Origin: an uncultured bacterium
Lineage (GTDB): Bacteria; UBP6; UBA1177
DNA: 64,000 bases
Direction: 5' to 3'
Assembly (NCBI GenBank): GCA_905233945.1
Contig: CAJOFY010000022.1
Coordinates: 1,490 to 65,489, forward strand
Shown here piece by piece: positions 47,099 to 56,088 of this stretch. The translations under genes were made by a program, and so were the position numbers. Under the pieces are notes generated by a model that saw only the letters and a list, made by a program, of their open reading frames with translations, did not search any database and was not told the origin of the DNA. Each line of letters opens with the position of its first letter. The stretch's first letter is position 1.

Positions 47099-47695
47099 CT
47101 ACGCTGCTTTTCTGTTTTTGATGTGGTTTACGAGTGCTATCAGGAAACCGAGGGCGATGAAAGCTCCGGGCGGCATGATGAAAAGAAGGACTTTATCAAT
47201 GTTTTCAGGGATAAACTGGAATCCGAAAACAGAGCCGTTGCCGAGGATCTCTCTTACCGAGCCCAGGATCGTGAGCGACATCGTGAAACCGAGACCGATC
47301 CCGAGGCCATCCGCAATCGAAAGGAGAACGCCGTTTTTCGAAGCAAAAGCCTCGGCGCGACCCAGAATGATGCAGTTTACGACGATAAGCGGGATGAAAA
47401 GTCCCAGTGTTTCATACAGATCGGGGAGATATGCCTGCATCGAAAGGTCTACGACCGTAACGAAACTTGCGATTACAACGATGAATCCCGGAATTCTGAC
47501 TTTGTCGGGAATGACGTTTTTCAGCAGTGAAATTACGGCGTTGGAGCAGATGAGTACGACTGTCGCCGCGAGACCCATGCTCATTCCGTTGATCGCGCTC
47601 GTCGTCGTTCCCAAAGTCGGGCACATACCGAGAAGAAGGACAAAAGTGGGGTTTTCTTTGATGAAACCTTTTATAAATTCATTCCATACTCTCAT
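47099..47695 (-). CDS. rnfE: Rnf subunit E
   Basis: ENPTFVLLLGMCPTL, PLIVVNCIILGRAEAFA, PPGAF. Confidence 0.96.
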   Translation of the reverse strand: MRVWNEFIKGFIKENPTFVLLLGMCPTLGTTTSAINGMSMGLAATVVLICSNAVISLLKNVIPDKVRIPGFIVVIASFVTVVDLSMQAYLPDLYETLGLFIPLIVVNCIILGRAEAFASKNGVLLSIADGLGIGLGFTMSLTILGSVREILGNGSVFGFQFIPENIDKVLLFIMPPGAFIALGFLIALVNHIKNRKAA

Positions 47696-47704
47696 TTCCG
47701 CCTC

Positions 47705-48268
47705 CTAATTGCTGCCTTTTTTGTAGGCTTCGACCGCTTTGCCGACCGCATCAAGAAAAGCTCTTGAGGAGATCGTCGCCGCAGTTATCGCATCGACATC
47801 GCCGCCGTCCTTTTTGACGGAAAGCTTGAATTCAGCCGGATCTTTGCCGTTTACCTGGTCTTTGAACTTCGGATTTGTCATGTTGCTGCCGAGTCCGGGA
47901 GTTTCTTTGATCGAAAGGACCGCAGTATTGTGGATCTTTCCTTCGGCATCAAAACCGACAAGAAGCTGGACGTCGCCGCCGAAACCTTTGTGCGAAACGG
48001 TCTCAACCGCTGTTCCGGCAACTTCTTCGCCTTTGTACGCGGTGTAGAGAACACATTCATCGACTTCTTTTTTCTCGCCGAGTTTGTCGAATTCCGGAAC
48101 GACCTGCTTTATAGCTTTTTCGAAATTCTCTTGCTTGATCGCGTCAGCCGCCGGCTTCGTTTTTGTATAGGTAAAACCTATCGCAAGCGCGCTGACAAGC
48201 GAGATTGCGAGCAGCACGACGAACATGTTGAGGAAGGTGCTTTCGAGTTTTTTCTTCTTATCCGACAT
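47705..48268 (-). CDS. rnfG: Rnf subunit G
   Basis: GFGG, ETPGLG, VDAITAATISS FMN-attachment motif. Confidence 0.95.
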   Translation of the reverse strand: MSDKKKKLESTFLNMFVVLLAISLVSALAIGFTYTKTKPAADAIKQENFEKAIKQVVPEFDKLGEKKEVDECVLYTAYKGEEVAGTAVETVSHKGFGGDVQLLVGFDAEGKIHNTAVLSIKETPGLGSNMTNPKFKDQVNGKDPAEFKLSVKKDGGDVDAITAATISSRAFLDAVGKAVEAYKKGSN

Positions 48269-49235
48269 AGTTCACCTCCTTTCCGAATCTCTTCGGCTTG
48301 ATGTATTTGTCGATGAGAGGAACGAACGCGTTCATAATGAGGATCGAGAACATGCAGCCTTCGGGATATGCGCCGAAAAGCCTGATGCACGAGCAGATGA
48401 CACCTGCACCGACCGCGAAAACGATCTGGCCTTTCGGATTCATCGGGCTTGTGACCATATCAGTCAGCATGAAGAACGCTCCAAGCATTACGCCGCCGCC
48501 CAGAATGTGATAAAGCGGATTTACGAACTGCTCGGGGTCGATAAACCATGCGATCCCTGTGAAAACAAAGATCGTAGCAAGGAAAAATACCGGAATATGC
48601 CATGAAATGATCTTTTTATACATCAGAAAGAGTCCGCCCAGAAGGATCGCAAGAGCGCTTGTCTCGCCGAGCGAACCGCCGACCGTTCCGATGAAAAGAT
48701 CCCAGTAGTCGGGAAGTTTCTCGAAAGCGTGAAGCTTGATGTTGCCGAGCGGAGTCGCGGCAGTCATCGCATCGATATTCCATACGAATCTTGTTGCGCC
48801 CGGGACCGGCCAGGTCGTCATCGTGACAGGGAAGCTGATGAGAAGGAAAGCCCTGCCGACAAGCGCCGGATTGAACGGGTTTTTGCCAAGTCCGCCGAAA
48901 GCCATTTTCGCGATGCCGATAGCGACCAGAGCACCGATGAAAAGCTGCCAGAGCGGGATCGAACTCGGCATGTTGAAGGCGAGAAGAAGCCCTGTTACCG
49001 CGGCTGAACCGTCGCAGACAGTGACTTTTGTTTTCAGAACGAACTTCTGAATCAGGTATTCAAGTCCGACACAGAAAACAAGCGACGCAACGACAACGAC
49101 CAGAGCTCTTATTCCGAAGTTGAAAAGAGCCGAAACGAGGGCCGGCAGCATAGCCGCGCAGACCAGCCACATGACTTTGTTCGTTGTAAGCCGCCCTTTC
49201 TCGTGCGGGGAAAGCGAAACTTTTAAATTATCCAT
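48258..49235 (-). CDS. rnfD: Rnf subunit D
   Basis: SPH, DGSAAVTGLL, FGGLGKNPFNPALVGR, DAMTAATPL, GSLGETS, TDMVTSP. Confidence 0.96.
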   Translation of the reverse strand: MDNLKVSLSPHEKGRLTTNKVMWLVCAAMLPALVSALFNFGIRALVVVVASLVFCVGLEYLIQKFVLKTKVTVCDGSAAVTGLLLAFNMPSSIPLWQLFIGALVAIGIAKMAFGGLGKNPFNPALVGRAFLLISFPVTMTTWPVPGATRFVWNIDAMTAATPLGNIKLHAFEKLPDYWDLFIGTVGGSLGETSALAILLGGLFLMYKKIISWHIPVFFLATIFVFTGIAWFIDPEQFVNPLYHILGGGVMLGAFFMLTDMVTSPMNPKGQIVFAVGAGVICSCIRLFGAYPEGCMFSILIMNAFVPLIDKYIKPKRFGKEVNYVG

Positions 49236-49244
49236 TTTTCACTC

Positions 49245-50588
49245 CTATTTTTTAGCAGCTCTTTCTCTTCTGATTCTTCCGACATTTGCCTTTGCGAGCC
49301 TGATGTAGTCGAGCAGCGGACGCGCACTCGGGCATGTGTAGCTGCAGCAGCCGCATTCGATGCAGTCGGTTACGTTGAGGACATCGAGATCGTCCCATCT
49401 TCCTTTCTCTGCCAGTTTTTCGTAGAGGAAAGGCTCAAGTCCCATCGGACATGCCGCGACACATTTAGCGCAGCGGATGCAGTTCTGAACTTCGTGCCTT
49501 TTTGCCTCGCTTTCGTCAAGCAGAAGAACGCCGCTCGTCCCTTTCGTGACCGGGAATTCGGCTGAAACGGCTGCTTTTCCCATCATCGGACCGCCGGATA
49601 TGATTTTTGCGGTCCCTTCAGGTATCCCGCCCGATTTTTCTATGAGAACGCTCGCCGGAATGCCTATTCTGACAAGGTAGTTCGCAGGTTTCGCGAGTTT
49701 TTTGCCCGTGACGGTGACAACTCTTTCGAAAAGCGGTTTGTGTTTCTGGACTGCCTCGTAGATTGCGAGAGCCGTTCCGACGTTGTCGACTACGCAGCCG
49801 ACATCGAGCGGAAGTTTGCCGGATGGAACTTCGCGGTTGCGGATAGCTTTGATAAGCTGTTTTTCTGCGCCCTGCGGATATTTCAGAAGGAGCGGCTGAA
49901 CTGTCGTTCCCGGGAAATTTGCAGCAGCTTTCGTCATTTTTTCGATCGCGTCGGGTTTGTTTGCCTCGATTCCGATGACGGCAGTGTCGATCTTGAGCGC
50001 TTTTTTCATAACTTCGACGCCGACAAAGATCTCTTCCGTCCTTTCGAGCATGACTCTGTGGTCAGCCGTGAGGTAAGGCTCGCACTCGACCGCGTTGATG
50101 ATGAGCGTGTCAGCTTTTTTGCCTTCCGGGATCGTGTATTTGACGTGGGTCGGGAAACACGCGCCGCCCATTCCGACGATGCCCGCCGACTTCATCGTAG
50201 CGACAATTTCCTCAGGTGTAGCCGTGATCTCGCGGATAAGTTCGGGAGTTCTGATGATGCTTTCCTCCCACTCGTCAGCCTCGTCAACATCGATGATGAC
50301 CGCTTTGACAGCGAATCCTGCTGGATCTTTGATCGTGTCGATCGCCGCAACGGTTCCACTTACCGAAGAATGGATGTTTACCGAAACAAAACCGCCTGCC
50401 TCGCCGATAAGCGTGCCGACTTTGACCTTGTCGCCTTTCTGCACAACGGGCACTGCCGGCGCGCCGATGTGCTGCGAAAGCGGGATCATCACCCGTTTCG
50501 GAAGCTCGACAGCCTCGATGGGTGTTCCCGCGCTTATTTTGTTCTCAGGCGGATGAACGCCGCCGATTTTAAACGTCTTAAAATTCAA
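49245..50588 (-). CDS. rnfC: Rnf subunit C
   Basis: GGVHP, QHIGAP, GIVGMGGACFPT, ECEPY, KYPQGAEKQL, two CxxCxxC...CP motifs; likely TTG start after GGGGAGG. Confidence 0.95.
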   Translation of the reverse strand: MNFKTFKIGGVHPPENKISAGTPIEAVELPKRVMIPLSQHIGAPAVPVVQKGDKVKVGTLIGEAGGFVSVNIHSSVSGTVAAIDTIKDPAGFAVKAVIIDVDEADEWEESIIRTPELIREITATPEEIVATMKSAGIVGMGGACFPTHVKYTIPEGKKADTLIINAVECEPYLTADHRVMLERTEEIFVGVEVMKKALKIDTAVIGIEANKPDAIEKMTKAAANFPGTTVQPLLLKYPQGAEKQLIKAIRNREVPSGKLPLDVGCVVDNVGTALAIYEAVQKHKPLFERVVTVTGKKLAKPANYLVRIGIPASVLIEKSGGIPEGTAKIISGGPMMGKAAVSAEFPVTKGTSGVLLLDESEAKRHEVQNCIRCAKCVAACPMGLEPFLYEKLAEKGRWDDLDVLNVTDCIECGCCSYTCPSARPLLDYIRLAKANVGRIRRERAAKK

Positions 50589-50664
50589 ACTTGCCTCCCC
50601 CAAAAATTGTCAACATGACTTAAAGCCGGATTTTTTTATTCTTTTCTTAATTTAATGCAAGAAA

Positions 50665-50786
50665 ATCGATAAGAACGTTATTATCGTTATTACGATTCGC
50701 GCCGTCAGAATAACGTTATAACGGTATCACGTGATAACGATCCTGACTTTCGGCGCGTCGATCCTAATCGAAAAGAACGATCGATC
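50665..50786. repeat. CG-periodic inverted-repeat element, copy 2
   Basis: CGTTATTATCG...ACGATTCGCGCCGTCAG...CTGA...CGGCGCG...CGAAAAGAACGA. Confidence 0.65.
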
Positions 50787-50871
50787 GGCCCGTCACGCAA
50801 TATTCCTCTTTACTTTATTTTGTTTCCGCCTAAAATATTACGGTTTTTAGTTGTTTAATATGAGGTGCGCA

Positions 50872-52734
50872 ATGAAAAAACTCTTTTTCTTATCTTTTTT
50901 TCTGTTTATTTCCTTTTTCTGCATAAGTTGCGGCGGCTCGGAAAAAAAGCCGGTCAGACCGGCAGAACCGTCTGATACAGAAGCAGTTGACACAGACACA
51001 GTTCCAGACACTGATCAGACTGACCCTGATTCAACTTCCAATTGCGGCAATAAAGAGATTGAAGAAGGTGAAATATGCGACGGCACTGCAATGGAATGCA
51101 GCGAAATCAATCCCGAATACTCTGGCGGAATCGCTTTGTGCAAAGCTGACTGCACAGGCTGGGACGAAAGCACATGCAAGACTGCCGATCCTGATGATCC
51201 GGGCGATGATATCGACACCAGCTCAGTTTTTTCCTTCGGTCCTTATCAGGTGAACCCAATTGATGTTAAATCCGGCGATGGCAGCGCGCCGAGAGATTTT
51301 AAAATCTACGAGCCGACAGGCGCTGAAGGAAACATTCCCGTCGTTCACTTTCTTCACGGTTTCATGTATAAAATCGCCTACTACGATGATTTCCTGACTC
51401 AGCTTGCCTCTCACGGATTCGTCGTTGTTTCAAGCCAGTCAGACCATGCGATGATAAACGGTGACACGACAATTGTCGAAGCTGAGAAACTCGCAACATT
51501 CCTTAATTGGCTCAAACAGAATCTTCAGTCGAAAGTTTCCGTAACAGTCGATGTCGAACATTTCGGCATTTCGGGACACAGCCGCGGCGGAAAAGTTACA
51601 AACCGCCTTCTCAACAGCGATCCATCAATGGCAACCAGTTTCTTCGGTGTCGACCCCGTTGACTCCGCTCCGCCCTTCAGCGGTTTTGTAGGCGCTTCAG
51701 ATCCCGAGAGCCTTTCGGATATGGTTCAGTTCAAAGGCGAATCAATGTTTTTGGGCACAGAATTCGGTCCTCAGAAAAAATTAGGAACTTCTTGTGCTCC
51801 GGACGGAGACAACAGCGCCCATTTCTATTCAAGCTATCCGGCTCCGAGCCGCCACATCATTGCTGCCGGCGTGGGTCATGCCGACATGGTCGATCCTGCC
51901 GACGTAAACTCTTGCGGCATGTACTGCTCAAGTTGCGCAAGCAGCGGCAATACAGAGCTCAACCAGCAGTTTATCGCCTATATCGGCGGACTTATGACCG
52001 CTTTCTTCAACGCGACTCTCAAAGGTCAGACGCAGTATGAAGCGCTTCTTGACGATGTTTCAAAACATCCTTTCCAAACAACTCTTGCAGACCACAAAAG
52101 CTACGAAGAGGCCATAGAAATAGGCGATCCGCTTGGCGAAGTCACTGTTTCCGACAAACCGAGCGGATTTGACGGGATCTTTTTCGACGGTCCCGGTGAA
52201 GATGAAGCAATAATTTTCTATCCCGGTGCAAGCATTGAACCTGCGGCCTACTCTTCAATCATGACAATGCTCGCCGAAAGGGGAATTGACGGATTCATCA
52301 TCAAAATGCCGGTGGATATGGCTGTTCTGGGGCAGAGCAAAGCCGACGACATCTACAAAAAATATCCTTCCTACAAAAAATATTACTTGTCCGGCCACTC
52401 GATGGGAGGTGCGATGATCGCGAACTACGCAGCAAAAACTTCCAACAAGGTGAACGGTCTTTTCATGCTGGCTGCATATCCGACAGAAAATCTCACTGCT
52501 GCCGATTATCCGATACTTTTCATATACGGAAGCGAAGACGGCGTCCTCAACAGAGACAAGCTCGCAACCGGACTAACACTTACCCCGGCAAGCGCTGTAA
52601 ACTACGAAATTCCCGGCGGAAACCACGCGTATTTCGGCAATTACGGCGAGCAGGACGGTGACGGGAAGGCGACAATTTCCCCAATAACCCAGCAGAAAAT
52701 CACCGTTCGTGAAATTCTTAATCTCATAAGATAA
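50872..52734 (+). CDS. Lipoprotein with Cys-rich repeat and two alpha/beta-hydrolase domains (chlorophyllase-like plus Abhydrolase_5-like)
   Basis: Lipobox CISC; CGN...GEICDG; FLHGF, LASHGF, GHSRGG, VDPVD, GHADM; second domain FYPGA, GHSMGG, GGNHAYFGNYG. Confidence 0.8.
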   Translation: MKKLFFLSFFLFISFFCISCGGSEKKPVRPAEPSDTEAVDTDTVPDTDQTDPDSTSNCGNKEIEEGEICDGTAMECSEINPEYSGGIALCKADCTGWDESTCKTADPDDPGDDIDTSSVFSFGPYQVNPIDVKSGDGSAPRDFKIYEPTGAEGNIPVVHFLHGFMYKIAYYDDFLTQLASHGFVVVSSQSDHAMINGDTTIVEAEKLATFLNWLKQNLQSKVSVTVDVEHFGISGHSRGGKVTNRLLNSDPSMATSFFGVDPVDSAPPFSGFVGASDPESLSDMVQFKGESMFLGTEFGPQKKLGTSCAPDGDNSAHFYSSYPAPSRHIIAAGVGHADMVDPADVNSCGMYCSSCASSGNTELNQQFIAYIGGLMTAFFNATLKGQTQYEALLDDVSKHPFQTTLADHKSYEEAIEIGDPLGEVTVSDKPSGFDGIFFDGPGEDEAIIFYPGASIEPAAYSSIMTMLAERGIDGFIIKMPVDMAVLGQSKADDIYKKYPSYKKYYLSGHSMGGAMIANYAAKTSNKVNGLFMLAAYPTENLTAADYPILFIYGSEDGVLNRDKLATGLTLTPASAVNYEIPGGNHAYFGNYGEQDGDGKATISPITQQKITVREILNLIR

Positions 52735-52745
52735 GGGGATTAAAA

Positions 52746-54329
52746 ATGAAAAAATTCCTTCTGATTCTGTTTCTGGCACTGATTTTTCTGCTTGCCGGCT
52801 GCAGCGGCAAAAAAGCTTCGGACCTGACTGATTCTCCCGACACTGATTCGTCCGACACCGGAATTACTGAGCAGGACGATTCAACCGATACCCTTGACAA
52901 CGATCCCGCCGACAATGAAACTCCGGACAATAGTGAAACACAGGACTCAGAAAAACCTGGCACAGAGACTCCCGACACGGAAGCAACGGATACCGAAACT
53001 CAGGACAACGAAGTTTCCGATACTGACACTCTGGACAATGGTCCGTCCGATGACAACAATTCAGACAGCGGCGCAACCGATAACGACGCCTCGGATCCGG
53101 ACACTCAGAATGACGATTCTGCCGATAATGACGCACCTGACGGTGACACCTCAGATTCCGACAATGATGACATTGCTGATGCCGATATTCCAGACAATGA
53201 AAATCAGGATAGTGAGGCTTCGGATCCCGATACATCAGATGATGATATTCAGGATAACGATACTGCCGGCAACGATTCAGACGACGAAACTCCGGATGCC
53301 GATGTTCCGGCAACTGAAGATTTAGCCGATGTTTTTAATCTTGGTCCTTACGAAGTAAAAATAACCGATATCGCTTCCGGAACTGACGGCGCTCCGAGAG
53401 ATTTCAGAATCTATGAACCGAAAAATGCTTCTGGCAACATTCCGGTCGTTCACTTCCAGCACGATTTCCTTTATAAAAAAGATTATTACGACGGCATGCT
53501 CACGCACCTTGCATCACACGGTTTCATCGTAGTTTCAGGGCAGTCGGACCACGCGAAAATCAACGGAGAATCTTCGATAAAGGAAGCCGGAAAAGTCGTC
53601 ACTTTCATTTCATGGCTCAAGGAAAATATCCAGTCAAAAGTTTCGGTCACTGCAGACATTGAACACTTCGGCGTTGCCGGGCACGGACGCGGAGGAAAAG
53701 TCACAAGCCGCGTTACAAATTACGATGAAATGATGATGCTGAAAGGTTTCTTCGGCGTTGATCCTGTCGATGCGCAGTCATTATCCGATCCCGGCACAGT
53801 AGCCGAGATCACGACCGGAGCGATTTCAAAAAAAGAACAGTGTCTGGCTCTCGGCGGAACATGGTCATTGGCTTCATGCAAAAATGTAACGATAGATTCT
53901 CAGGAAGAATGCGAGATTTTGGGCGGCCACTACTTCAACGGCAGCAAATGCTACAACAACCGCGCGACACTTCCTTCCATGTTTCTGGGAACCGAAAAAG
54001 GACGCAGCGGCTCGTCAGCATGCGCTCCGGCAGGCGAAAACAGCACCGATTTCTACGCAAGCTATCCGTCACCGAGTCACCACATCATCGCAGCAGGCGT
54101 AGGTCATGCCGACATGGTTGACCCTGAAGATCTTTCGTCCTGCGGCAGTACCTGCTCGGGATGCACCGGCAGCGGCAACACAGAGTTGAACCAGAAGTTC
54201 GTTGCCTACACCGGCGGACTTATGGTTGCTTTCTTCAATACAACACTCAAAGACAAAACTCAGTATGAAGCACTTCTTAATGACGTTTCTACTCATCCGT
54301 TCCTGACAACTGCTGCTGAGCACAAATAA
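52746..54329 (+). CDS. Lipoprotein with long Asp-rich linker and chlorophyllase-like domain lacking the catalytic Ser
   Basis: Lipobox LAGC; D/T/S/N-rich linker; GHGRGG in place of GHSRGG. Confidence 0.75.
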   Translation: MKKFLLILFLALIFLLAGCSGKKASDLTDSPDTDSSDTGITEQDDSTDTLDNDPADNETPDNSETQDSEKPGTETPDTEATDTETQDNEVSDTDTLDNGPSDDNNSDSGATDNDASDPDTQNDDSADNDAPDGDTSDSDNDDIADADIPDNENQDSEASDPDTSDDDIQDNDTAGNDSDDETPDADVPATEDLADVFNLGPYEVKITDIASGTDGAPRDFRIYEPKNASGNIPVVHFQHDFLYKKDYYDGMLTHLASHGFIVVSGQSDHAKINGESSIKEAGKVVTFISWLKENIQSKVSVTADIEHFGVAGHGRGGKVTSRVTNYDEMMMLKGFFGVDPVDAQSLSDPGTVAEITTGAISKKEQCLALGGTWSLASCKNVTIDSQEECEILGGHYFNGSKCYNNRATLPSMFLGTEKGRSGSSACAPAGENSTDFYASYPSPSHHIIAAGVGHADMVDPEDLSSCGSTCSGCTGSGNTELNQKFVAYTGGLMVAFFNTTLKDKTQYEALLNDVSTHPFLTTAAEHK

Positions 54330-54463
54330 CCATCTCATAAGATTTTTTCAAAAAAACATTTTGATTTTTTACTTGCTTTTACTTTTTCACCCTTTACAAT
54401 CGCCGCGACTTGTTTGTTTTTGATACCAATGTGTTTTTTTGTCTTTCATTTTGGAGGTTTAAA

Positions 54464-56074
54464 ATGAAAAAAACTTTCTGGACTGTGCCGCTCCTGGTGC
54501 TGGCACTCTTGTTTCTGGTAAGCTGCGGAGATTCAAAGGATGAAACTCCTTCAGAAACTGACACTACCGACAACGAACCGACGGAAGAAACCGACAAGGA
54601 TTCAACAGAACCGGCAGAGACAAATGCCGACTGCGGCAACGGCATGATTGATGAAGGTGAAAGCTGCGACGGCAATGCTCAGGACTGCAGCGCAATCGAC
54701 CCCAATTACACCGGCGGAATAGCAGTATGCAAAAATGACTGCACATGGGACACAACAAACTGCCAGGGAGCACAGCAGCCTGATCCGGCTGATACTGATT
54801 CAAACGACACGGCTCCTGATAACGACCCGGATACAGGCGACACAACTCCCGGTCCTGTCAGCAGTATTGAATTTGAAAGATTCGTTGCCGACGACAATCC
54901 CAACAAACCGGCATTCGTAACAGTTGACGACCTTGACGAAGACGGTCACCTTGACATGATCGTCGCTCAGTACGGCCCAATGTTGTCAGGAAACTATGAT
55001 ATTTACTGGGGAACCGGAAAACTTGACCAGTGGACAAAAGAGACTCTGAATATCGGCGGCGACAACGGAATCAGCTTCCCTCACCCCGTAAAAGTTCTTG
55101 ATGTCAACGGCGACGGCATAAAGGACATCGTTTCTCCAAGCGGATTCCTTGCATGTCTGACAAACTGCGGGAACATTTTCTGGCTTGAAGGAACAGGCGA
55201 AAGAAACAAATGGACAAAACACGAAATCATAAAGAACAACGATCATTTCTTCTTCGACGTTTCACTTGTTGATGTCGACGGCGATGGAATTGACGACATC
55301 CTTACAAACGCAAGCCAGAAGAAAACCCTTGGCGGACAGGACGAACGCCTCATGTGGTTAAAAGGCAACGACACTGATGACAGATTTGAAAAAACTGCAA
55401 GAGTTATCTCAAGCGGAAACGGCGGACCTTTCCCGAGATTTATAGACCTCAACGGCGACGGCAAAAAAGACATTGCGCTCGCACAGTTTTTCAATTCTGA
55501 CATCTCGAAAAACGGCAGCTTCATTTGGTTCGAGCAGATTGATACCGAAAACTGGACAAAACACATTATCGACAACGAATCAGGCGAAAGCTTCATGCTT
55601 GAAATCATCGACAATCTTTACGGCGACGGCGTAAGAAGAGCAGTCGGCGTAAACCATGTCAACTCCGCGAGCAAACCCAACGGGCCGAAAGAAGGCGTCT
55701 TCATTTTCGATATTCCCGAAGATCCGACCCAGAAATGGCCCAAGAAAAACATTGCGACCGATATCCAGTCGAGGAACCTGTCAAATCAGGCTGCACCCGG
55801 TCTCTTCGGCTACGGCGACATAACAGGCAACGGCCTTATTGACCTCGTTGTCAGCGGCGACGGCGATTCCCGCGTATTCTGGTTTGAGCAGAACCCTGCA
55901 GGAACTTTCACCCAGCACACGCTTGACGGTGTTGCTGGAGCATCGATGGGAGCAGGTTCTTTCGGTCAGGCAGGCGGAATGCAGATCGTTGACCTTGACG
56001 GCGACGGAGCAAACGAAATCATCGTAACTCTTTACGAAGACAACAAAATCTATATCTACAAAGTCAAAAAATAA
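54464..56074 (+). CDS. FG-GAP/VCBS repeat lipoprotein with Cys-rich repeat
   Basis: Lipobox LVSC; CGNGMIDEGESCDG; multiple DxDGDGxxD motifs. Confidence 0.82.
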   Translation: MKKTFWTVPLLVLALLFLVSCGDSKDETPSETDTTDNEPTEETDKDSTEPAETNADCGNGMIDEGESCDGNAQDCSAIDPNYTGGIAVCKNDCTWDTTNCQGAQQPDPADTDSNDTAPDNDPDTGDTTPGPVSSIEFERFVADDNPNKPAFVTVDDLDEDGHLDMIVAQYGPMLSGNYDIYWGTGKLDQWTKETLNIGGDNGISFPHPVKVLDVNGDGIKDIVSPSGFLACLTNCGNIFWLEGTGERNKWTKHEIIKNNDHFFFDVSLVDVDGDGIDDILTNASQKKTLGGQDERLMWLKGNDTDDRFEKTARVISSGNGGPFPRFIDLNGDGKKDIALAQFFNSDISKNGSFIWFEQIDTENWTKHIIDNESGESFMLEIIDNLYGDGVRRAVGVNHVNSASKPNGPKEGVFIFDIPEDPTQKWPKKNIATDIQSRNLSNQAAPGLFGYGDITGNGLIDLVVSGDGDSRVFWFEQNPAGTFTQHTLDGVAGASMGAGSFGQAGGMQIVDLDGDGANEIIVTLYEDNKIYIYKVKK

Positions 56075-56088
56075 GTTTTATCGACTGA

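Noticed and set aside
50723-50738. parS-like palindrome GGTATCACGTGATAAC
   Set aside because: Only about 11/16 match to TGTTTCACGTGAAACA; better explained as part of the CG-periodic element.
52820-53310. Quasi-periodic GAC/GAT/AAC-rich DNA as a non-coding repeat
   Set aside because: Explained by the Asp/Thr/Asn-rich protein linker.
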